This document shows, piece by piece, positions 35,879 to 45,323 of a stretch of 45,323 nt of DNA (position 1 is its first letter; the number at the start of each line of letters is the position of its first letter). The notes below the pieces were generated by a model, which was not told the DNA's origin, made no database searches, and was given only the letters and a program-made list of their open reading frames with translations. The position numbers were made by a program, and so were the translations under genes. Source of the DNA: Octopus bimaculoides (Eukaryota); NCBI RefSeq assembly GCF_001194135.2, contig NC_068983.1, positions 85,455,572 to 85,500,894 on the forward strand, written 5' to 3'.

Positions 35879-35881
<3 letters not shown>
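35696..35881 (-). mobile_element. Short PLE-like terminal element embedded between (AT)n tracts
   Basis: A ~185-bp CpG-containing segment flanked by (AT)n on both sides, carrying a hammerhead-like motif. Confidence 0.6.
35785..35821 (-). ncRNA. Minimal hammerhead-like motif with variant core CUGUUGA
   Basis: Minus strand: tcttt-CTGTTGA-a-gagc(gta)gctc-GAAA-cGTC-aaaga. Stem I (tcttt/aaaga) and stem II pair perfectly; the putative cleavage triplet is GUC. Confidence 0.55.
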
Positions 35882-35943
<62 letters not shown>

Positions 35944-36335
35944 TATATATTATATGTAAATATCAATTCTTCAAGGAGCTTCATTTTTGCAGTTTCTTGT
36001 AGCAACTCATTTCCACAGAAGTAACTGACTAAATGACAGACTGAAAACAACAAACTTATAACACGAGTTCTCCTTAAACTGACTAGAGAAATTAATAAAC
36101 TCTGAATTTACAGTAGCCACATCTTAATCACGAAGACACACATATAGCTCACACAACTGTTTGAAACAATAGTTGAAAGGAAGTCTATATGTCAAAATTT
36201 GGAAGCAATTATTTTCTTTGAAATATGGTTCCCCCACTCATTGCAACTGGTAACAATAGCAAACCACTGCTGCAATTTTAGATATATTTTGATTAGAGGT
36301 TCATTACCATTCTGGATCTAAACAATTTGTTTCAG

Positions 36336-36428
36336 TCTCCAGTGAAAGGGGAAGTCATTCAAAAATCTCTTGATAGACGAGAGGACCAGTTTTTAGCTGA
36401 ACTGCTAATAAATAGTATTACAGACTGA
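36336..36428 (+). other. Candidate exon (SPVKGEVIQKSLDRREDQFLAELLINSITD*)
   Basis: Acceptor tttgtttcag|, 30 open codons, then TGA followed directly by gtgagt. Non-repetitive context. Confidence 0.2.
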
Positions 36429-36854
36429 GTGAGTCAATGACGAAACCTTAAGTCACTGGACTGGAAGAGGTTATAAATCGAATTCAACTTGATAAATAGA
36501 TCAAATTCATTTAGAAAATACAGAAAATGACTGTCTGCTCGCCACATTACATAGATACACACATACACACATTTATATGTTTGTATTTGTAAAAAAGAAT
36601 ATCAATGGAGAAACTGAAGCCGGTTTAGTTAATGCAATTGATTTTTTTATATATTTTTTATTTTTATTTTTACATTATGATATAAAAAAAACTTTATTGA
36701 TAATCATTAGACATTGCAAAAATCTCGCAGCAAAACAAAATGGATTGTGGGTTGTGAGCATTGCACTCAAATTGCTGCTAGATAGTTACTATAAATGGAT
36801 AAATTGAAAACTTGCTCATTTTCCTTTTTCCCTGTCTTATTGTTTGTTGGTTGC

Positions 36855-36893
<39 letters not shown>

Positions 36894-37924
36894 NNNNNNN
36901 NNNNNNNNNNNNNNNNNNACACACACACACACACACACACACACATGCAAACAAAACATATGGTTGCATGTTTCCAGAGGAAAAAAAACACAAAAAGAAA
37001 AAAAAATTTATAATGTCAGGATTTATAGCATCATGTTTATGTATGGGATCGCACAACCACAAGGCAATGCTAGATTCTTTTTTGTTGCTCTTTTTGTTTT
37101 AAATAATCCTTATTTTAATGATCATCACCTTTATCATCATTATCAGCAGCATTATCATGGTTGTCGTCATATTATTATTTCTAATATTATTGATGTTAAT
37201 TATTCAGTAGTAAACAATTGCTGCTTCAGTTATTAATACAATAAACAGCTTTCTAATTATATAGCAAGTCAATGCCTCAAAGTAAATTGAAAAGCAATTG
37301 CAATTTTATACAACAGCAAAATACAGGGACAAAATAGAAACGGCTCAATATGTAAAGTTTTGTAGCAGTGAGATGACTATAATGAATGGGGAGTGAGAGA
37401 GAGAAATAGAAAGAGAATGAGAGAATGAGGGGGGGGGAGAATAAAGGAGAGAGGAAGACTGGGAGGAAGAGAGAGAAGAAATAAAGAGAATAGAAAGAGA
37501 CAAGGATGGAGAAAGACTTGGAGGGAAGGAAGAAGACAGGCACAGAGAGAAGCTAAAAGAAAGGAAACAACGCAAGATAGAAAGACACAAGAGAGAGCAA
37601 GAAAGAGGGAACTCGGGCAAAGACAGGCGCATGCATGCATGCACACACACACACACACACACAAGCTCTTGCAAATTAATGGATACACATACATACCCCA
37701 ACAAAGATGCACAAATACTAACATATGCACACAAACCAACTAATATGAATATATATGTACATCTGCAGACATTCTTACAAATGTGAACACACACACACAT
37801 ACACATACACATATTTCATACCATTGATAAAAATAACGTGCTAAGCACTTAGCCCATGTCATCTCTCTCCTCCAAAATGCAGCCCACTCAAAATTCCTTC
37901 CTTGTTCAAATGTTTCCTCTACAG

Positions 37925-37979
37925 ACATCAACCTATAGAATTTCAAGCTGGAGGAAGCTTTCCCAAGAAAGTTGGGTTG
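37925..37979 (+). other. Candidate 55-nt exon
   Basis: Pyrimidine-rich ttccttccttgttcaaatgtttcctctacag| and TTG|gtaaga; two open frames. Confidence 0.22.
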
Positions 37980-38489
37980 GTAAGATAGCACTAAGTTTCC
38001 AAGTCAACTCCATAGCTACTCCTCGTCATAGATGTAGCATATGCAGCTCTTTGAATGGTTGTAACCTTTTATAATGCTTAAATCATTAATGAAGACACCT
38101 TTAGTTATATATTGCTCAATATCAGGCAACAGGGTGTTAGAAGAATGCAGGAGTTAAGCTATCAAATTGCAACATCAAAGTCATTCTAGTCCTGATTCAG
38201 AGTCTAAAACCTAGCTCCCATATTTGGAAAGGAAATGTTGCCAATATCAAAATGAAATTTTGACCAAATTCACCAAGCAGCTTTTCCTGTAAAAATTCCA
38301 AATGGAATTTTTCTATTATTTCATAATATTCTTCATTTAGATTTCCACTTTAGCTTGATGTGAATCATGTAAGTTGTCTTCAGTTTGATAATTTACATAT
38401 TCAGTGTCATTATAATGGACCGCTGAGCCCAGATGCACAAACCCTGTCAAGCTAGACGTCCCTATTATTTTATAGGGTCTTCCTTGAAC

Positions 38490-38762
38490 ATTTGAACTCT
38501 TTAGTTACTGAATTTCTGTTCAATTACACTGTCTTTACTTCAATTAATATCTTTTCTTTCAATTGTTTTCAAGTCAATTCTTTCAATTCAAAACTAATGA
38601 AGAATATAGTTAAATAATTTTATCTTTATTAAGCTGTCGTTTGGAACATAAATTAGCATGAAATTTTAATGGAAAGTTTTAATCTAGATCACTTTTAAAA
38701 GATGAAATCTGTACCAAAGTATCAAAGGTGTTCTCAGACAGACTGGTGTCAAGAAAGTTAAA
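38490..38762. mobile_element. Decayed TTAA-MITE-related repeat
   Basis: aactctttagttac..ttaaaagatg..aagaaagttaa; the interior resembles the reverse complement of 18410-18570. Confidence 0.45.
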
Positions 38763-39354
38763 GCCCACTGTCATAAATCAGTCATAAATCAGTCTCTGCT
38801 ACTCAATAGCTTCAGATGGATTAAGTTTATTGCATCTCAAACCAGTATAATATGCTTTCTCTCTCTCCCTCACACACACACACACACATGGTAGACTTAA
38901 TTCACCACTTAATTTAACATCACTACCTGATTCATGCTTTTTTTTTTTTTTTTTAGTGGAGATCACTCAGCAATCCGATGATACCATCAAGCCATTGGTC
39001 TGAGGAGGCTGGAAAATTTTGTGGTCACTACCTCTCCAACTCTGACTAAGCCAAATAAAAATTTTAGAAAACGTTTTTAAAATGGGGACAGAGAATAGCT
39101 GTGCACATTAAGAAATTCATTTTGCAACCAAGTAATTCTGGGTATGATCCCAATGAGTAACACTGCAGGCAAATGCCTAGTACCATAGATCCAAGTCAAT
39201 CAAAACCTTGTTTGAGTAAAATTTGAAAGGCTGAAACTGCACATGTATGACTGTGTTTGTGCAAGTATGCTAATAACAGCAATTAAAACTTTTGTGTAGC
39301 TTCATTTTTTTTTTCTTGGACAACTAAATTTTATTAATGCATAAATTTATGTGC

Positions 39355-39757
39355 GTGGAGGCGCAATGGCCCAGTGGTTAGGGCAGCGGACTCACGGTCA
39401 TAGGATCGCAGTTTCGATTCCCAGACCAGGCGTTGAGAGTGTTTATTGAGCGAAAACACCTAAAGCTTCACGAGGCTCCGGCAGGGGATGGTGGCGAATC
39501 CTGCTGTACTCTTCCACCACAACTTTCTCTCACTCTTACTTCCTGTTTCTGTTGTGCCTGTAATTCAAAGGATCAGCCTTGTCACACTGTGTCACACTGA
39601 TACACGCTAAACATCCCCGAGAACTATGTTAAGGGTACACGTGTCTGTGGAGTGCTCAGCCACTTGCACGTTAATTTCACGAGCAGGCTGTTCCGTTGAT
39701 TGGATCAACTGGAACCCTAGACGTCGTAAGCGACGGAGTGCCAACAACAACAACAAC
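39355..39757 (+). mobile_element. Full-length tRNA-derived SINE family C (probably one of the tRNA-Arg-like octopus SINEs) with 12-bp TSD
   Basis: Head GGAGGCGCAATGGCCCAGTGGTTAGGGCAGCGGACTCACGGTC..GTTTCGATTCCC, (CAA)n tail, and AAATTTATGTGC at 39343-39354 and 39758-39769. Confidence 0.92.
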
Positions 39758-40384
39758 AAATTTATGTGCATGTGTACATACATACATACTAGGTGAGCTG
39801 GAAGAATCATTAGCACACTGGACTCAATGCTTAGCATCATTTCATTTACATTCTGAGTTCAAATTCTGTCATGATCAACTCTACCTTTCATCCTTTTCAA
39901 GTTGATGAAATAAGTACAAGTTAAACACTTGAATTTGATTCCTATATAATCCCTCAAAATGTGAATGATAATTCCACCTAGTAAATGATATAGACCATCA
40001 TTTAATTATTTCAATATAATCAAACACTTGAATAATTGTTTCATCCACCAACGTAATCCATTCTTGAACCATTTCCTCTTTAGAAGTTTAAGTAGAAGCA
40101 ATTTAAGGCCAACTAAATCGAATATATATTCTATTGGCCCAGGCTTATTTTATAGTCAATGTTCAGAAATTTGCCAATTTTCAATGTAATCAACTAGCCC
40201 CATCCCTCAAAATTCCGGGTCTTTCACCACAGTAGAATAGATTTTATATATATAATAACCTTGTACCTCCTCTACAGCAAGACAGTGTTTCTGTCACTCT
40301 GTCTCACTATAAACTTTCATCATCTGACACAAGATTACCTCTGTCAATGCCCCCTCCCCTCTAAAAGGATTTTTGTCTTGCAAG

Positions 40385-40662
40385 TTACTTGGTGACCTTG
40401 CCAATGCTTATGCCATACAAAAAGCATCCAGTCCACACTGTAAAGTGGTTGGTGTTAGGGAGAACATCCAGCTGTGAAAATCTTGCCTGTGCTTGTGCTA
40501 CGTAAAAAGCACTCAGCCCACTCTGCAGGATGGTTAGTGTTAGGAAGGGTATCCAGCTATAAAAACCCTGCCAAACAGACACAGAAGTCTAGTGCCAGCT
40601 CCTACCTGGCTAGCTCCTGTCAAACTGTCCAACCCATGCCAGCATCATAGATGATGATGATG
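40385..40662 (+). mobile_element. RTE LINE 3' UTR fragment with internal duplication
   Basis: Two successive blocks cacact..ggttggtgttagg..atccagct at about 40430 and 40520, then ccaacccatgccagcat..(gat)n. Confidence 0.8.
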
Positions 40663-40962
40663 CATAAAATCCATTCTACTGTAGGCACAAGATCTACATA
40701 TATTTACAAATATGAAATAATGAAGTCAAACCAAATAATGATATTTTGAATGTGTTTAATATGCATGATACAGAAAATTACGCAATAGATACAACAAAAT
40801 TTATCTTTTATACAAGATCTTCCTCGGTCAAGACATTTCAAGGGAAATCTTGCATAAGAGAAGAATTTATTTTTATCTATTGCATAATGATCTGAAACAT
40901 GCATATTAAATGCATTCAAAGTATCATTACTTAGTTTGACTTCATTGTTATATATTATATTA

Positions 40963-41180
40963 GGGCAACAAGCTGGCAGAATCATTAGCACACCAGGTAA
41001 AATACTTAACAGTATTTCATCTGCTACTACATTTTTAGTTCAAATTCTACTGAGGTCGACTTTGCCTTTCATCCTTTCAGGGTTGATGAAATAAGTACCA
41101 GTTACACACTTAGGTCGATGTAATTGATTTGCCTCCTTCCCCAAAAAATTTTCAAGGCCTTGTGCCTAGAGTAGAAATAA
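40963..41180 (+). mobile_element. Family B SINE
   Basis: aagctggcagaatcattagcac..gaggtcgactttgcctttcatcctttcagggttgatgaaataagtacc..gccttgtgcctagagtagaa. Confidence 0.9.
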
Positions 41181-41190
41181 TTATATATTA

Positions 41191-42511
41191 TACTAGCAGA
41201 AATACCCGGCTTTACCCGGGTTAAAGAGAATAATGAAATCTAAAAACGCCGTCTAGACTACGCAACCCTCAACTGTTAGTAGCTATGATACCATATTTCT
41301 ACATTAATAACTCTCCAATCCATGCCAGCATGGAACATAGACATTAAGTGGAATGCCAGTCTCTCATCTAGGAGGGCCTTGAAATCAATGTTACCAACTG
41401 GGGACTATGTGTGTCGTAGTGATAATAAAAAGACTCAAAGGAGGTCTGCAACGAAATAATTTTACTCAACACTTTGCAAGTGAATCAGTGGAGGCAAAGA
41501 TGCGTCTCANNNNNNNNNNNNNNNNNNNNNNNNNNNNNNNNNNNNNNNNNNNNNNNNNNNNNNNNNNNNNNNNNNNNNNNNNNNNNNNNNNNNNNNNNNN
41601 NNNNNNNNNNNNNNNNNNNNNNNNNNNNNNNNNNNNNNNNNNNNNNNNNNNNNNNNNNNNNNNNNNNNNNNNNNNNNNNNNNNNNNNNNNNNNNNNNNNN
41701 NNNNNNNNNNNNNNNNNNNNNNNNNNNNNNNNNNNNNNNNNNNNNNNNNNNNNNNNNNNNNNNNNNNNNNNNNNNNNNNNNNNNNNNNNNNNNNNNNNNN
41801 NNNNNNNNNNNNNNNNNNNNNNNNNNNNNNNNNNNNNNNNNNNNNNNNNNNNNNNNNNNNNNNNNNNNNNNNNNNNNNNNNNNNNNNNNNNNNNNNNNNN
41901 NNNNNNNNNNNNNNNNNNNNNNNNNNNNNNNNNNNNNNNNNNNNNNNNNNNNNNNNNNNNNNNNNNNNNNNNNNNNNNNNNNNNNNNNNNNNNNNNNNNN
42001 NNNNNNNNNNNNNNNNNNNNNNNNNNNNNNNNNNNNNNNNNNNNNNNNNNNNNNNNNNNNNNNNNNNNNNNNNNNNNNNNNNNNNNNNNNNNNNNNNNNN
42101 NNNNNNNNNNNNNNNNNNNNNNNNNNNNNNNNNNNNNNATGCATATACGTGTACATATACATCTCTTTCTCTCTCTTTCTCTCTCTCTGAAAGTATCTGT
42201 CATTACAGTATCGAAATGTGATTGTTTCAGTTAGTAGAATAGTTTCATTTTTAAAGTGAAAGTATTTGACATGAGTGTTTTTGTTTCACTTTTGACACGT
42301 AATACTTAAATAGTGGAGGAGATATTATGTTGCTGTGGGCTCGAACTCTGCAAGAAGTTAAAATGTTTTTTTACTAAAACACAACTGGAACCCTAAGTAA
42401 GGCATCTGTAAAATTTGAATGAAATTGGTTGTGTAGTTCTCGGGTTTTAGGGATTCACACAGACAGACAGACAGACAGACAGACACACATTCTCATTTTT
42501 ATATATATAGA
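41191..42511 (+). mobile_element. Non-autonomous Helitron (HINE/Lep1-like layout), interior largely gap
   Basis: The 5' end TACTAGCAGAAATACCCGGCTTTACCCGGG has a short hairpin. The 3' end gaatgaaattggttgtgtagttctcgg..(ACAG)n..ttttatatatatagat matches the microsatellite-bearing HINE layout. Continuity across the gap is assumed. Confidence 0.65.
41510..42138. other. Assembly gap
   Basis: Run of N. Confidence 0.99.
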
Positions 42512-43010
42512 TTACTCCAAGCCAGTACAAGCTAGCCAGTATTTACTCCACTTACACAGACACTCTAACAAGGATTTGTAGTGGGTTTTTTTCTATTCAA
42601 CTTGAGTCAGAAAATTCCAGAAACATGCATCGCATCTAAGCATATGGTCAAAGTGATGCTCATATTGAAATTCTAAAATTTAAATGCTTTCAGAATTTAA
42701 CATTTAAAATATTTATGACACTTATGACATTACAAGTTATGAAGATAAAAATAAAAAATTTTTTGATGAAAACTATTGAGATAAGGGAAATACACATAGT
42801 ATGCAAAGGAAAAGAGGATAAAAGAAAGGTGAAGAGAAAAGAAAGATTAAAACGAAGGAAAAAGAAGAAGAAAAAAGGATAGGAGATGGAATGGTAGAAA
42901 GGTGAAAAGAAAACTGAAGGGGATTAAGAAAAGGTAGGTAGAATTTGTCTGCATGAAACATTTGCTAACTTAAGATATATTGAGATAACAGGGTGGGGGG
43001 NNNNNNNNNN

Positions 43011-43056
<46 letters not shown>

Positions 43057-43176
43057 TACATACTGATAGTACAAGGAGAACAGCTGATCAGTGGTAATTA
43101 ATCAGAATAAAGTCAAATGGTGTACAACTTCAATAGACAAAACAGATTCACGTCCTTTTTCCATTTAGGATAAAGA

Positions 43177-43345
43177 GAGAAGCCAGTTTACCAAATACCT
43201 GCAATTTTCAATATGGACTGTCTTTCAACAGCACTTAATAGAGAACTTTTGATACAAAGATGAAGGTTAGAAAAGAGAATTCTAAATATTCAAACAATAT
43301 CTCAAGTACTTTAAGTAATTTCCAAAGATGTTCAAAGAATTTCAC
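43177..43345 (+). mobile_element. Penelope-like element N-terminal relic, inverted relative to 44270-44432
   Basis: Shares gagaagccagttt (43177-43189 vs reverse complement of 44420-44432) and ttttgatacaaagatg (43247-43262 vs reverse complement of 44347-44362). Relic HLIE..LIQR. Confidence 0.6.
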
Positions 43346-43549
43346 AACAATTCCACCTTCAAGAGTAGAATGCATTCTACCAATGGATCAAATAAAGCTC
43401 AATAAAATCATATAATTGAAATGAGCTCACTCCTCAAATTTTACAAACTGAGTTGAGACATCAGCATGAAAACTTTTTCACAGGTACATATAATCAATGT
43501 AATTCCATAAGTTTTTTTTGTTTTTTTTTATATATATATATATATATAC

Positions 43550-44460
43550 ACACATATCTAAAATGATATGTATACCTGCTCTTAAAAGAATATTCTGTCA
43601 AACCTAAACAAATTCCTTCACTGCAGTCTGTCAACTTCACTTTAACACAACATACCAACTCTTGGCTGAAGCATTTGTCATTTAGTGGACTTAATGTTGG
43701 CACAATTACAATGGAATTGATTATTTGATGGAAGGCTGTTATAATTTCTTCAGTTCATACCAGAATCCAAATTCTTAAGATTGTCAATACAGTTGTAGTT
43801 AGTTTCAAAGAGTTATTGTTCAAGAAATTGCTGTACCTCTAACCAATTGTAAAATACCTCTTTAATGTCTTAAAAGTTTTCACAGTATTAGATGTTACAT
43901 CCAACCCGATAAGAGAATTATACCAGGTAATAATAATGCAGCATCCTGTAGTTTTTAAGAAGTGGAATATACTGTAATTTCTGGTGAAAAATACTATCTT
44001 TTAAAACAATGTTGTAATAGGGCCAGACATGATTAAAAACTTCACCTGAAGAAATATTACACATACAGTAGTTACTATTATTCATAAAATATTCAAAGCA
44101 ATATGAAAAGTTGACTGGAAGACTTTATTCAGTCACCTATAGAAGCAATACTTACCTGTGTACAAGTCTCATGTAATATCTAAAAAAAACTAACCAGACA
44201 TATAGCTACTACTTGCAATTCTTTTGCAAGACATTAATAAGGTCTTATAAGTGGTGTGATGTTGAAATTCTCAAAACAGGTTTTTGAAGTTCCTTGATGT
44301 GCTTCAGATATCCTTTGAATTATTTAGAGTTCTCTTTCCTAACTCACATCTTTGTATCAAAAGGTTCTCTACTTAAGTGTTTTCAAAGGCACTTCAAGTG
44401 AAAATAGTAGGTTCTTACTAAACTGGCTTCTCTTTTTCTCATAATTGGAAAAAGAATTTG
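43550..44460 (-). mobile_element. Decayed Penelope-like element: GIY-YIG endonuclease relic with N-terminal relic upstream
   Basis: ORF 43494-43703 reads SPLNDKCFSQELVCCVKV..ICLGLTEYSFKSRYTYH (PLE CPL.GKCL..Y.G.TE..FK.R...H). WYNSLIGLDVTSNTVKTF near 43900 parallels W.NPP.S..V.TN.GK.F. Confidence 0.8.
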
Positions 44461-44749
44461 AATCTGTCTCATGTTATTATGACTTTCTTTTCCTTTTTTC
44501 CTTCTTCAACTCTTGCATATAAACGAGATTTTTTATCCATGCCTCATAGATATTAATACATTTCTCCCCTTTCCTGCTTTTTACTTTATCCCCTTTGAGT
44601 CCAATATTTATATACCTATATACTTTTATCTTCTCACAGACATACACACAGATTTTTACATTATATATAATGGTATTTTTATATAAGCTTAAAGCTTATG
44701 GTGATCACTGTGCAATGACTAAGGAAAATAGTCTAATAAAGCGTCCGAA

Positions 44750-44787
<38 letters not shown>

Positions 44788-44791
<4 letters not shown>

Positions 44792-44972
44792 ATTATCATC
44801 ATCGTTTAACATCCATTTTCCATGCTGGCATGGGTTGGACAGTTCGACTGGGGTCTCGGAAGCCAGGAGGGTGCACCAGGCCCCAATCTGATCTGGCAGT
44901 GTATCTACAGTTGGATGCCTTTCCTAATGCCAACCATTCCGAGAGTGTAGTGGGTGCTTTTTATGCACCACC
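44788..44972 (-). mobile_element. RTE LINE 3' UTR fragment
   Basis: catcatcatcgtttaacatccattttccatgctggcatgggttggac..ttggatgcctttcctaatgccaacc. Confidence 0.88.
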
Positions 44973-45323
44973 ATATATATAATATATATATATATATATA
45001 TAACAATTAGAAAATGGAGGATAATATGCTGAACCCAACTACTTGCAGACGGTGTATCCCGTTGAATTCATTAATTTAATTCATAGCAAAAGTGACAAAA
45101 AAAGAAAGAAAAAGAAAGAAAGAATCAAAGCACAGGTGTCTATGGCAGACTATGTTATTTTGCCAACCTGGTTTACATATAGAAGTACAAAGTAAGGCTG
45201 TGCACACGAACCCACACATATATATATGCATTGGAGTGTCTATAGCTACCTATTTATAATGTTTGTAGGCTCTTTGTGTGCCTTGTATTTTTAAGGGTCT
45301 TTTGACATATATCTTTTTTATAT

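Noticed and set aside
39358-39430. tRNA gene calls here and at 4480-4620, 9208 and 14230-14303
   Set aside because: A/B boxes are present but acceptor stems do not pair, and each continues into a SINE body and tail.

Overview
This is AT-rich, repeat-dense eukaryotic DNA. It is most likely intronic or intergenic sequence from a draft octopus (coleoid cephalopod) assembly; that is inferred from the SINE families, microsatellite density and gap style, not from a database match. No intact protein-coding gene, tRNA/rRNA gene, CRISPR array or prokaryotic feature is supported, and almost all ORF-track entries are microsatellite, N-gap or chance ORFs. The window contains: decayed autonomous elements (a Helitron Rep/helicase, two REL-endonuclease R4/Dong/NeSL-type LINE pieces, two Penelope-like elements (PLEs), several RTE LINE pieces); three tRNA-derived SINE families; TTAA-flanked and hAT MITEs; a non-autonomous Helitron; and a few weakly supported candidate exons. 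The most notable structure is at 4318-4811: a TSD-flanked, head-to-head inverted dimer of a short element that joins a tRNA-like head to a Penelope-type minimal hammerhead ribozyme. A second hammerhead-like element with a variant core (CUGUUGA) sits in an (AT)n tract at 35.7-35.9 kb. Also notable are SINEs stacked in (AAT)n tails and a V-domain-like motif inside an RTE 3' UTR. Boundaries of decayed elements are approximate. Family names come from motif recall and need confirmation.
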